From an uncultured virus (IMG/VR IMGVR_UViG_3300020048_000030) (lineage: Duplodnaviria > Heunggongvirae > Uroviricota > Caudoviricetes), in IMG/VR virus record IMGVR_UViG_3300020048_000030: DNA of 64,000 nucleotides. One strand, written 5' to 3'. The first letter of the stretch is position 1. Every line of letters starts with the position of its first letter. Positions 38,913 to 48,447 of the stretch are shown one piece after another. The position numbers were made by a program, and so were the translations under genes. Below the pieces are notes generated by a model. It saw nothing but the letters and a program-made list of their open reading frames with translations, was not told the origin of the DNA and did not search any database.

Positions 38913-40409
38913 TTTTTCTAATTCATTCTGTAATTCTTTTAATTCTTCATTGGCCTTCATCATAACCTTTTTATACTTCTTACGTTCTTCATATATTTCT
39001 GCCATAACATTCTTTACAACACCGTCTTCATTTTTAAAAACAGCACCATTTAAAGTTATTATATCGTCCTTTTCTAACTTAATCTTATGACTATTAAAAG
39101 AAGAGTATGTATCTTCACCAGACCTCACTTTTTTTATCATATCATAAACATCCTTACCCTTTTCTTTAATTAATAAACCTTTATAACTATCAGAACTTAT
39201 ATTAAATTGACGCATAGTAGTAGGATATAGTGATGCAAAATCAAAACAACAAGTCCAAGTATTCATACCAACAACTGGATCTTTTACCCAACCACCTTTT
39301 ACGTTCATTTCAGTAGACACACTATCACTTGATTCCTTCTTAGTATCATCCTTGACAAAAACTACGTTTTTTTCATCCCTCATTTTACTTCTTAAAATAC
39401 CTTCTGTTACTGGTAGTGTATTAAATGCATCTAATACTTTTATTTTTGATAATACTGATATACCATATAATATATCCACGTATCTCATTTTTTCATGTAT
39501 TTGTTGAACCAATGCAGAGTCAATAGCATTATACATAATAAATTTTTGATAATCATTAGTATACAAATATTTTAAATTACCTTCATAATTTACTTTTTTA
39601 ACACCTATAACTCTCTCAGATACAAAATCTAAACTTGAAGATTCTTTTACTTTTACAGAGGTATCCCATTTTTCATAGAGTCCCATATAATCCACAATTA
39701 CCCTATGTGCAGGCATTTCTGATTGGTCATTTTGTAACCAAGATTCTCTAAGTACACCAGTGAAAGAAGCAACAGTTGGATCACCCCCAATATTTCTAAA
39801 TCTATTAACTAAAAATACCCAGTCATAAGCCACAAAATTCCATCCAGTTATTACTGACATTTTAGGAATCATCAACTTAAAAAAGTTTAATAACATATCA
39901 TATTCACTTTCATAATATTTGTACATAAACTGATAATCAGTATGTAATTTTTCAAAGTGATTATTTATTCCATCTTGAATTGATTCTGTTTGTGATTTAG
40001 TAAGTTTTTTTGTACCCATTACAAGTACTTTATTTTTATTAACAACAGATATACTTTGAATTGCAGATTCAGCAGACTTCGGATCCACTTTTTTATCAAT
40101 AATTTCATTTTCAATGTCACAAAAAAAGATATTAGGTTCTTTATAGTCAAAGATTTCTTTTTTATCTTCTTCTGGTAATTTGTCTAAAAAATCATAAATA
40201 GAATATCTATTAGGGTGTGAACTGAATATTTCCTTTACACATCTTCCATCCCATGTAACAAAACGTCCATGTCTATCTGGATCACTATCTTCACACATAA
40301 TAAATTTTGTAGGATTATTCCAAGGGTAATATTTTAACTTTATGTTTCCATAATCATCTATATAACTGATTATCAATTTTTTATTTCTATATTCTGTATC
40401 TATCAACAT
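38892..40409 (-). CDS. family-B DNA polymerase, N-terminal part (3'-5' exonuclease + motif A); split gene
   Basis: ExoI FCDIE, ExoII TGWNFVAYD, ExoIII YNAID, motif A DFASLYP; stops after ERKKYK, before motifs B/C. Confidence 0.9.
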   Translation of the reverse strand: MLIDTEYRNKKLIISYIDDYGNIKLKYYPWNNPTKFIMCEDSDPDRHGRFVTWDGRCVKEIFSSHPNRYSIYDFLDKLPEEDKKEIFDYKEPNIFFCDIENEIIDKKVDPKSAESAIQSISVVNKNKVLVMGTKKLTKSQTESIQDGINNHFEKLHTDYQFMYKYYESEYDMLLNFFKLMIPKMSVITGWNFVAYDWVFLVNRFRNIGGDPTVASFTGVLRESWLQNDQSEMPAHRVIVDYMGLYEKWDTSVKVKESSSLDFVSERVIGVKKVNYEGNLKYLYTNDYQKFIMYNAIDSALVQQIHEKMRYVDILYGISVLSKIKVLDAFNTLPVTEGILRSKMRDEKNVVFVKDDTKKESSDSVSTEMNVKGGWVKDPVVGMNTWTCCFDFASLYPTTMRQFNISSDSYKGLLIKEKGKDVYDMIKKVRSGEDTYSSFNSHKIKLEKDDIITLNGAVFKNEDGVVKNVMAEIYEERKKYKKVMMKANEELKELQNELEKLEKELG

Positions 40410-40421
40410 ATTTTATTATAT

Positions 40422-40622
40422 TTATTTTTCAAATTTATCTTTTAATGTGTATCCTCTTTTTTCAATATCAATTTTTATTAAATTTTCAATATACTTTGAT
40501 CTATTTATATTCTTATCAGATAAATAAGTTTCAAGTAATGATAAAAGTTCTGAATTAATAGTTATACCTACTTTTGGTTTTTTTTCATCAATTGACATCT
40601 TTTTTCTTGCCATAATTAACAC
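40422..40622 (-). CDS. ribbon-helix-helix protein
   Basis: KVGITINSELL...INRSKYIENLI. Confidence 0.75.
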   Translation of the reverse strand: MLIMARKKMSIDEKKPKVGITINSELLSLLETYLSDKNINRSKYIENLIKIDIEKRGYTLKDKFEK

Positions 40623-40757
40623 TTTTTTATTATTTTATACATAAAAAATATATTTGTTTCATTTTAACAAAAATTATTTTAATAATAATCTAAAAAAAAG
40701 TCTAAAATAACACTTTTTGGGTTTTAATATTTTATATATAAAATAAAAAGATTTACT

Positions 40758-40922
40758 ATGAAAAGAAAAACAACAAAAACAAATATCACAGTATCCATTA
40801 ATATTGAATTAAATAATATCTTAACTGATTTATTTAATAATAAATCTGAATATATTGAATGGTTGGTATATCAAGATATATTAGAAAAAAAAGTTGATGG
40901 TTATGAAAAAATAATTATATAA
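40758..40922 (+). CDS. ribbon-helix-helix protein (54 aa; not in ORF track)
   Basis: TNITVSINIEL...NKSEYIEWLV; stop 1 nt before the endonuclease ATG. Confidence 0.72.
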   Translation: MKRKTTKTNITVSINIELNNILTDLFNNKSEYIEWLVYQDILEKKVDGYEKIII

Positions 40923-40923
40923 T

Positions 40924-41811
40924 ATGAAAACAACAAAACAATTTATTAAAGAGGCGATTAAATTAAATAGAGATAGATATGATTATTCATTAGTAAATTA
41001 TATAAATAGTAAGACTAAAATTAAAATAATTTGTAAAGAACATGGTGAGTTTGAACAAAGACCAGACCATCATTTAAATAATCATGGTTGTTCAAAATGT
41101 AGTAAAAATAAAAAATTAACATTAATAGAATTTATAACACACTCTAATACAATACATAATAATAAATATGATTATTCTATGGTGAATTATATAAATGCTC
41201 ATACAATTATTGATATAAGGTGTCCTATTCATGGAATATTTAAACAATATCCTTATAATCATACATTAAATTCTAATGGGTGTCCAGATTGTGCAATAGA
41301 AAAAAGTAGATTAACTAAATCTATATTTATAGAAAAATCAAATTACATACATAATAATAAATATGATTATTCATTAGTAGAATATTTGGATAATAAATCA
41401 AAAATTAAAATATTATGTCCTATTCATGGAGAATTTATTCAATCCCCATTAAAACACTTAGATAATCATGGTTGTTCAAAATGTAATGATAGTAAAGGTG
41501 AAAAAGAAATAATAAAAATAATGGATAATAAAAAAATATTATTTGAAACTCAAAAAAAATTTAAAGGGTGTGAATATAAATCACTATTAAAATTTGATTT
41601 TTATTTACCTGATTATAATATATGTATTGAATTTGATGGTAAACAACATTATCAAATAACTAATTATTGGGGTGGTGAAAAGGAATTCAATGATATAAAA
41701 TTAAGAGACAAAATTAAAACTGATTATTGTATAAACAATGGGATTAAATTAATAAGGATTAAATTTAATGAAAATATAGAAGAAAAATTAAACTTTATAT
41801 TAAATATATAA
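40924..41811 (+). CDS. zinc-repeat (3) + PD-(D/E)xK putative homing endonuclease
   Basis: Same architecture as 31250. Confidence 0.85.
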   Translation: MKTTKQFIKEAIKLNRDRYDYSLVNYINSKTKIKIICKEHGEFEQRPDHHLNNHGCSKCSKNKKLTLIEFITHSNTIHNNKYDYSMVNYINAHTIIDIRCPIHGIFKQYPYNHTLNSNGCPDCAIEKSRLTKSIFIEKSNYIHNNKYDYSLVEYLDNKSKIKILCPIHGEFIQSPLKHLDNHGCSKCNDSKGEKEIIKIMDNKKILFETQKKFKGCEYKSLLKFDFYLPDYNICIEFDGKQHYQITNYWGGEKEFNDIKLRDKIKTDYCINNGIKLIRIKFNENIEEKLNFILNI

Positions 41812-41823
41812 TATATTAATTAT

Positions 41824-41897
41824 GCAAGAAAGGTGTAATGGTGCACAGTTTACTTCCAGTAAGATGGGGACAGTTCGAATCTGTTATCTTTGCTCAA
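41824..41897 (+). tRNA. non-canonical tRNA-Gly(TCC)-like element
   Basis: GCAAGAA-AG-GTGT AATGGT GCAC-A-GTTTA CTTCCAG TAAGA-TGGG-GACAG TTCGAAT CTGTT-ATCTTTGC-T-CAA; imperfect acceptor and anticodon stems. Confidence 0.65.
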
Positions 41898-41908
41898 ATA
41901 TTACTTAT

Positions 41909-41982
41909 GCAAGTATGGTGTAACGGCGCACAGATCACAAACCAGTGATAAGGATATAGTTCGAGTCTATAGCTTTGCTCAA
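41909..41982 (+). tRNA. second tRNA-Gly-like element with aberrant anticodon loop
   Basis: GCAAGTA-TG-GTGT AACGGC GCAC-AG-ATCAC AAACCA GTGAT-AAGGA-TATAG TTCGAGT CTATA-GCTTTGC-T-CAA. Confidence 0.55.
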
Positions 41983-42858
41983 ATGAAAAATTATAGTGAA
42001 TCTTTTTTTAATAAGTCTAAAATTCTATATAATAACAAATACGATTATTCTTTATTTAAATATATAAATAACAAAACAAAAGGCATTATAATATGTCCTA
42101 TTCATGGTGAATTCTTACAAACACCAAATGATCATTTAGGAAATCACAGTTGTATAAAATGTAATAAAAATATCCCTAGTACAGAAGAATTTATACAAAA
42201 ATGTAATAAAATACATAATAATTTTTTTGATTATACTTTAACTGATTATATAAATAACCACACAAATATTAAAATAATATGTCCTATTCATGGTGAATTC
42301 TTACAAACACCAATGTCACATTTAAGAGGTGGTGGTTGTAAATTATGTAATGATGATAAATTAAGAAAAACAAAAGAAGAATTTATAAAAGATGCAAATA
42401 TAATTCATAATTATGAATATGGTTATTTATTTGTTGATTATAAAAATTCCAACACAAAAGTAATAATAGAATGTTATAAACATGGTATTTTTAAACAAAC
42501 ACCACTTAGTCATTTATCAGGTAGTGGTTGTCCAAAATGTAGTGAAAGTAAAGGTGAAAAAGAAATAAGAAGAATTTTAGACGAAAATAATATTAAGTAT
42601 GAAAATCAAAAAACATTTAATAATTGTAGGTATAAAGGATTATTAAAATTTGATTTTTATATAAAAGATTTAAATTTATGTATTGAATATGATGGTGAAC
42701 AACATTTTGAAATAAAAGAGCACTGGGGTGGTATAAAAGAATTTGAAAAAACACAGTTAAGGGATAAAATAAAAACTGATTATTGTATTACAAATAATAT
42801 ACAATTAATTAGAATTAGATATAATGATAATATTTTAGAAAAATTAGATTTTGTTTAA
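41983..42858 (+). CDS. zinc-repeat (3) + PD-(D/E)xK putative homing endonuclease
   Basis: Same architecture; start corrected to the ATG at 41983. Confidence 0.85.
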   Translation: MKNYSESFFNKSKILYNNKYDYSLFKYINNKTKGIIICPIHGEFLQTPNDHLGNHSCIKCNKNIPSTEEFIQKCNKIHNNFFDYTLTDYINNHTNIKIICPIHGEFLQTPMSHLRGGGCKLCNDDKLRKTKEEFIKDANIIHNYEYGYLFVDYKNSNTKVIIECYKHGIFKQTPLSHLSGSGCPKCSESKGEKEIRRILDENNIKYENQKTFNNCRYKGLLKFDFYIKDLNLCIEYDGEQHFEIKEHWGGIKEFEKTQLRDKIKTDYCITNNIQLIRIRYNDNILEKLDFV

Positions 42859-42859
42859 T

Positions 42860-42928
42860 AAAAAAACCACTTAAAGTAGCGAATTTTAAGTGGTTAGTAG
42901 CCGAAACTACAACGGTCCTAAACCGTAT
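42860..42928 (-). ncRNA. three-hairpin structured element ending in a terminator
   Basis: Minus strand: ACGG-tttagga-CCGT, GTAG-tttcgg-CTAC, AACCACTTAAA-attcgctac-TTTAAGTGGTT followed by a T tract. Confidence 0.55.
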
Positions 42929-42941
42929 GTTTTTAGATTAT

Positions 42942-43184
42942 TTATCCAGGTTGATTACTTGACCAATAACTACCATCTACTTCTCTTTTTCTTTTTTCTG
43001 CCCATTGACAAATACCCACATATAAATTATATTCATCATCTTTATTAAGATTCATAGATGTAATTCTATCTTCCAATTCAGTAGTTATTTCTTTTGCTAT
43101 TTTAGTAGCATTAGGGTAATAATCTTTATTTGGGTTATAATCTTCCATTTTTTCATTTAATTCATTAAATCTTTTTAGTTTCAT
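42942..43184 (-). CDS. hypothetical protein with capsid-targeting-like N-terminus
   Basis: MKLKRFNELNE. Confidence 0.65.
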   Translation of the reverse strand: MKLKRFNELNEKMEDYNPNKDYYPNATKIAKEITTELEDRITSMNLNKDDEYNLYVGICQWAEKRKREVDGSYWSSNQPG

Positions 43185-43187
43185 AAT

Positions 43188-44507
43188 TTAATCTTTATTT
43201 TTTAGAAATTTTGAAATTTCTTTAACTCTTGTCCAATTTTCTTCATCCATTGCTTTATTTAATTGGTAATTAAGTTCAGCTTGTCCTAATTTAGATAAGT
43301 CTTCACCTTTTTGTTCTGGTTCTTTTTCATTAGCTTTTCTTACTAATTTATCAATATCAGATTCTTCACCTTCATGACCCGTATGTAATGTATCTTCATC
43401 TGCTTCATCATTATATATATCATTTGAAATATCATCTATAACTTCATCAGTTGCATTTAATATAGCTTTACTAACTAATCCATCTTTACCACCTAATACT
43501 TTATCTGCATCATCTGTATTTTTCATTAAAATATTTTTAATCAATTGAACAAATATATTTGCGGGTAAGTCCATCATTTTACTGAAAATAAATTCCCTTA
43601 AATTAGGAATATTTTGAGCATCTCTTGTTTCTTTTCTTTGTAAATATCCATTAATATAATCTCTTAAATCAGCAGCAATAAATGGACCATATTTAATATC
43701 TTCTTCTTCATCTTCTAAAGTATCTGTTAATTTTAAAAGTGCTTCAGCCATTGTTTTATCTTCTGGTATTACTTTATGTGCCATAAGTTCATAAATACCT
43801 TTAACTGTTTCATGAATTAACATAGGTAAATCTAATGCTCTAACTTTAATTATTGGTTTAGCATCTTCCCCATCTTCCCCATCTTCATAGTCTGTTTCCA
43901 TTGCATTTGCCATTTCTGGGTGTTGTTTCATCATTTGTGACATATCTGGTCTATTTTTATCCCAATCAAATTTTCTATTTATTTCTAAATGTCTAACATA
44001 CATATCTAATAATAAATCATCAATATCATCAATATCATCTTTTGCAGTATACATCATAGAATGTACATTTTGTGCTTCACCTTGCATAATATTATTAACA
44101 ATTTTTCTTCTATCTACTTCATCTTGTGGAACATCAATTGGAATTTCATAAGAAGGATATTTTGGTTCATCTTCTTCTTCATCATCTTCATCATCTTGCA
44201 TTTTTTTAGTCATTGCTAATTTTTCTTCATCATCTGGTTTAACAATTTTAATATCAAGGGTAATATCTTCTATCATTCTACCATAATGTTGAAGTATTAT
44301 TTCTTCACCTATTTCAGTTAATTTTTCTTCATTTCCATTTTGGATTCTAAATATTTGTTGCATAAGACGCATAGATTCCATAATATCTTGTCTAGATGGA
44401 CCACCTTTATATTGTTCAGCTCTATCTTCTACATCTTTAATATAATCTTCTGGTAGTGTTTTTTTAATATCTGCTTCAAAAAGCTGACTATATTTTTTTA
44501 ATTTCAT
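43188..44507 (-). CDS. acidic hypothetical protein, possible C-terminal UVR-like helix pair
   Basis: MKLKKYSQLFE N-terminus; LNKAMDEENWTRVKEI C-terminus. Confidence 0.7.
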   Translation of the reverse strand: MKLKKYSQLFEADIKKTLPEDYIKDVEDRAEQYKGGPSRQDIMESMRLMQQIFRIQNGNEEKLTEIGEEIILQHYGRMIEDITLDIKIVKPDDEEKLAMTKKMQDDEDDEEEDEPKYPSYEIPIDVPQDEVDRRKIVNNIMQGEAQNVHSMMYTAKDDIDDIDDLLLDMYVRHLEINRKFDWDKNRPDMSQMMKQHPEMANAMETDYEDGEDGEDAKPIIKVRALDLPMLIHETVKGIYELMAHKVIPEDKTMAEALLKLTDTLEDEEEDIKYGPFIAADLRDYINGYLQRKETRDAQNIPNLREFIFSKMMDLPANIFVQLIKNILMKNTDDADKVLGGKDGLVSKAILNATDEVIDDISNDIYNDEADEDTLHTGHEGEESDIDKLVRKANEKEPEQKGEDLSKLGQAELNYQLNKAMDEENWTRVKEISKFLKNKD

Positions 44508-44510
44508 ATA

Positions 44511-44750
44511 TTATTTATATTTTTTCTTTAATAAAGATTGAATTTCTTTATTATTTTTTGTTAAACTTAAAAATTTTTCAGCAACTTTTTCTGCATTAGC
44601 TTTAGGTTTAGGTGTAACTGATGGTTTATCTTTTCTATAAGGAGAAGGTCTACCAGGTTTAGTAGAAGGTGTTGTAGTAGGTCTAGTTCTTGGTTGAACC
44701 ATTGGTTGAGCACTTCCTTCTGTTATAAAATCTTTAAATGACTTAATCAT
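44511..44750 (-). CDS. Pro/Thr-rich small protein with capsid-targeting-like N-terminus
   Basis: MIKSFKDFITEG. Confidence 0.7.
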   Translation of the reverse strand: MIKSFKDFITEGSAQPMVQPRTRPTTTPSTKPGRPSPYRKDKPSVTPKPKANAEKVAEKFLSLTKNNKEIQSLLKKKYK

Positions 44751-44829
44751 AATTTTCTTTTTTTATTTTATATATTAAATATTAATAATTGTATTTTTTA
44801 TATATAAAAGAAAATTAAATTTTATTAAA

Positions 44830-46341
44830 ATGAAAAATAATAAAATAAATGAATCATTATTAAGGGATAGTACCAAAAAACAAATGGAACAATTAAATAG
44901 AACAATTAAGAATGCAGGTGGTGATATTCAAGATATAGTTAAAAAAGGTGAAAAAAATAGAGAAGATAAGATGCCAAACACTTATTATATGGATAATCCA
45001 TTTGACAGTAAACGTTCATCTATTGAAACACAAGAACATTTTGTAAAAAATGATGCACATCATAAATCAACTGCAATGAAATCTAGAGATCCTAAAAGAT
45101 TTAAAAAAATTAAAAAATCAAAAATGAAAACATTTGATACTTTTTCAGTGAGTGAAAATATGAATGATTCATTAAGAACAATGAATGCACATTATCAAAC
45201 ATATGTATTACCTTACTTAACAGAACAAGAACAAAAAATAATTAAAAAATTAGATATAATTATATTCAAATATAATTATGATAATGAAACAGGTATTAGA
45301 TTATCATTCAAATCACCTTTAAATCAAAATGATACATATCAGTTAGTATTAATTAATATTGATCCACAGATATATAAAGATATGGTAAAAATAATAAATA
45401 AATTTAATTTAACATCTGAATATGATAGTAAAAATAAATTATTTCTAGATATTTACTACAAAAATGAAAAAAGAAATAAAATGAATAAAAATAATAGAAG
45501 TGTTAATGAAGAATTAGAATTTTCTGATGGTATGAAATTTGATTTATCTGGACCACTTAGAAAAGAAGAAAGATCAGATGGATGGTATGTTGTTGGTCGA
45601 GGAAGACTTATACCTGTTAGAGATGAAGATGAAGCAGATGAATATCTTGATGGTGAAGGTGAAGGTAATTATATTGAAGATGATGATTATTATGAAGAAG
45701 ATGTAAATGAATCAATAACTGCAAAAAAATGGAATAATACAATTGATATATTAGTAAATAAATATAAAATGGATTCAGAAGAAGCATATTTTGCATTACA
45801 AAATTTTATGGGAGTTGACCATGTTATAGGTGATAGAAGTGAATATCTTTCACCTTCACAACTTGCTAAATATGTTAAACAAGAATATGATGAAGATATG
45901 ATTGATAGTAATGATGATGTAAATGAATCTAAAAAATCAACTAAAAAAGAAAATTTTATCCCAACTAAAAAACTTAATAATTTAAAAAGTTTTTATGAAG
46001 TTTGTGATAAAGAAGGAGATTGTACTAAAAAATCAGATGTTAATGATGATTCTTGGGTTAAAGGAACTAAAGAAGATATGTTAAGACCTATGTTTAAAAA
46101 CCTCCCAGATACTACTATAAGACCATCCTATGATGTTTTAAGAACGGGTAAGATGATTACATTATTTGGAAAAGAATGTCGTGTAATAGGTCTTAAAAAT
46201 GGTCAATTACAAGTTAGTGTTATGAATGATAAAACTAATGAATTTGAAACTATTAAATATGATATGGAAGAAGTAAAAAAAAAATTAAAAAAGAACTATA
46301 AACCTGAAAAAGATNNNNNNNNNNAACTTTTTTATAAATAA
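44830..46341 (+). CDS. multi-segment hypothetical protein with several [IV]NE-[SE] sites
   Basis: INES, KTFDTFSVSE, VNEE, VNES, VNES; 3' end crosses an N-gap. Confidence 0.65.
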   Translation: MKNNKINESLLRDSTKKQMEQLNRTIKNAGGDIQDIVKKGEKNREDKMPNTYYMDNPFDSKRSSIETQEHFVKNDAHHKSTAMKSRDPKRFKKIKKSKMKTFDTFSVSENMNDSLRTMNAHYQTYVLPYLTEQEQKIIKKLDIIIFKYNYDNETGIRLSFKSPLNQNDTYQLVLINIDPQIYKDMVKIINKFNLTSEYDSKNKLFLDIYYKNEKRNKMNKNNRSVNEELEFSDGMKFDLSGPLRKEERSDGWYVVGRGRLIPVRDEDEADEYLDGEGEGNYIEDDDYYEEDVNESITAKKWNNTIDILVNKYKMDSEEAYFALQNFMGVDHVIGDRSEYLSPSQLAKYVKQEYDEDMIDSNDDVNESKKSTKKENFIPTKKLNNLKSFYEVCDKEGDCTKKSDVNDDSWVKGTKEDMLRPMFKNLPDTTIRPSYDVLRTGKMITLFGKECRVIGLKNGQLQVSVMNDKTNEFETIKYDMEEVKKKLKKNYKPEKDXXXXLFYK

Positions 46342-46353
46342 TAAAAAATAATA

Positions 46354-46548
46354 ATGCATAATATGTTAAAAAAATTATGGGAAAAATTAAAAAATCTGTT
46401 TTCTAAAAAAGATGATTGTTGTAAAGAAGGTAAAACTTGTTGTAAAGAGGTAGTTGTTAAACCAAAAGAAGTAACACCTAAAACTACTGGTACAACTGGT
46501 ACATCAAAACCAAAAGGTACAACCGGAACAACAGGTCCAAAAAAATAA
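46354..46548 (+). CDS. small basic low-complexity protein
   Basis: Two CCKE motifs, GTTGT repeats. Confidence 0.6.
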   Translation: MHNMLKKLWEKLKNLFSKKDDCCKEGKTCCKEVVVKPKEVTPKTTGTTGTSKPKGTTGTTGPKK

Positions 46549-46560
46549 ATTTTTATTAAT

Positions 46561-46593
46561 AAAAAAAGGAGAACATTTTGTTCTCCTTTTTTT
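46561..46593. terminator. bidirectional intrinsic terminator
   Basis: AAAAAAAGGAGAACA-tt-TGTTCTCCTTTTTTT. Confidence 0.85.
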
Positions 46594-46595
46594 AT

Positions 46596-47420
46596 TTATA
46601 CTAAGTCTTCATTAGTAACTGGTGTAACTACTACATCATCTGGTTTTTCTAATCCTTCTGCAATTTCTTTTGGTCCAACTACTGCATCTAAAGCAGATCC
46701 CCAATGTTTAGCGTCATCTTTAAGTCTTTCTACAATAATATTATAAGCATTAAAAATTCTATTTGTTTGTGCTATTTTATAAAGAATATTACGGAATAAT
46801 TTAAATTCAGATGTAATACCCTTCACTTTATGGTCTTTAATCAAGTGGTGTAACAATAATATATTTTTAATATTTATTTTAAAAGTATATGTTTCTTTTG
46901 ACTTATCTTTTTCAAATTCTGTTTTAGCATCTTCCCAAAATTTTTCAATAAATTCAGTATAATTAAATACTTCTTCGCCATTATATTCAATTGTTCTTGT
47001 AAGAACTTTATCCAAAAACTTAAATTCTTGATTATCTATTTCAAAATTAAATAACATATCATTTAAATATTTAATATAAGAATTTAAAAGATAATTAAAA
47101 ATTGAATAGATTTTATCAATATCATGTACTTTCATATTCTTAACTATATCACCATTAGGATCATATTTTCTAATAAAATCTTTAATTGCTTCTTTTTTAT
47201 TATTTAATTCAGTAACAAATTCTTCATCAACAACACTAATTGCATATTCACCTACTACAGTTTCTGCTTCATCTTGTTTTAATGTACTATTTTTATTTGA
47301 AATTTTAGCAATTGCATCATAATAAGTATTATGATCAAATGATTCTACATTTTTAAAGTCTATTGTTTCCAATTCTTTTGCCTTATCTAATACTACTTGA
47401 AATTCTGTATTTTCTGTCAT
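46596..47420 (-). CDS. hypothetical protein
   Basis: ORF track. Confidence 0.7.
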   Translation of the reverse strand: MTENTEFQVVLDKAKELETIDFKNVESFDHNTYYDAIAKISNKNSTLKQDEAETVVGEYAISVVDEEFVTELNNKKEAIKDFIRKYDPNGDIVKNMKVHDIDKIYSIFNYLLNSYIKYLNDMLFNFEIDNQEFKFLDKVLTRTIEYNGEEVFNYTEFIEKFWEDAKTEFEKDKSKETYTFKINIKNILLLHHLIKDHKVKGITSEFKLFRNILYKIAQTNRIFNAYNIIVERLKDDAKHWGSALDAVVGPKEIAEGLEKPDDVVVTPVTNEDLV

Positions 47421-47475
47421 TTTAATATTTTAATTATTTTTTATTATATATTGTCTTAGTTTGGTTCAAAATAAA

Positions 47476-47901
47476 TTATTCTTCATTTTGTTCATTTTTA
47501 CTTTCAGAAAGAAGTCTTTCGGTTTCATTAGCTCTTTCAACACTTTCATATGTATGTCTTTTAATGATACCAATAGATGTTTTTAAATTAGGTTGAATTA
47601 ATTTAAAAGTACCTTTATCAAGATTAACTTGAATCTTATCTATTTCTTGTTCAAGAAGAATTGTTCTTATTTCTTCATCAAATTTATCAAAGTATGTATC
47701 ATTAAATGTTACTAATATATCAGCATTTAATAATATTGAATAATTATCTGCTAATTTTTGTACTTTTACTAATGATTTTTGTTTTGAATTAGCCTGAAAT
47801 ATATATTTAATAGTCATAGCGAAGGCAAATTCTCTTTCTACCTCATTGAAGAAATCTACTATTTCCTTATCCAATTCATAATACTGATCTGTTTTTTGCA
47901 T
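47476..47901 (-). CDS. phage metallopeptidase-fold protein, probably inactive
   Basis: ADILVTFN..YFDKFDEEIRTILLEQEIDKI; the HExxH position reads QEIDK. Confidence 0.5.
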   Translation of the reverse strand: MQKTDQYYELDKEIVDFFNEVEREFAFAMTIKYIFQANSKQKSLVKVQKLADNYSILLNADILVTFNDTYFDKFDEEIRTILLEQEIDKIQVNLDKGTFKLIQPNLKTSIGIIKRHTYESVERANETERLLSESKNEQNEE

Positions 47902-47929
47902 TTTTATTTTAAATTATTTTTTATATTTT

Positions 47930-48391
47930 TTACACAAATATTCTTGTAAATAAGTATAGTAAAAAAACTGAAATTAGTCCAATACCAATACCTAAAAAAG
48001 AACCAATTAAAAAGCCTATCCCTACACCCAATAGGGTTATTAATGACCAAATAATTTTATTAAACATTTTAGAAGTGTCTAAATATTTAAATCTAAATGC
48101 TAATCCAATTTCTCTTTCAGTTAAATCAACTGCTTCCATTAGACCAACATATTCACTTAATCCAATTTTAATAAATGTTTTATCTATTTTTACCATTTCT
48201 TTTTGAACTAGTGTATTGACATATTTAAATCCATATTCTTTAACATTGTCTAACTCATCAATAGGAATTACATATGTTTTATACATCCTCCATACCCAAT
48301 CAATAGATATATTGTGTTGTTGTTTTAATAAATCTTTATTTTTTTTAAGAATACGAATATAAATTAATAAGAATTTTAATTTTTTAAACAT
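47930..48391 (-). CDS. membrane protein
   Basis: Two C-terminal hydrophobic Gly-rich helices. Confidence 0.65.
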   Translation of the reverse strand: MFKKLKFLLIYIRILKKNKDLLKQQHNISIDWVWRMYKTYVIPIDELDNVKEYGFKYVNTLVQKEMVKIDKTFIKIGLSEYVGLMEAVDLTEREIGLAFRFKYLDTSKMFNKIIWSLITLLGVGIGFLIGSFLGIGIGLISVFLLYLFTRIFV

Positions 48392-48447
48392 AACAAAAAG
48401 CTTTTTGTTTATTTATATACAAAATATGAAAAAATGTTTAAAAATAA

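Noticed and set aside
41890..41982. 31-aa N-terminal extension of the endonuclease from a TTG start
   Set aside because: It is a read-through of the tRNA-like element; paralogs start at the position of ATG 41983
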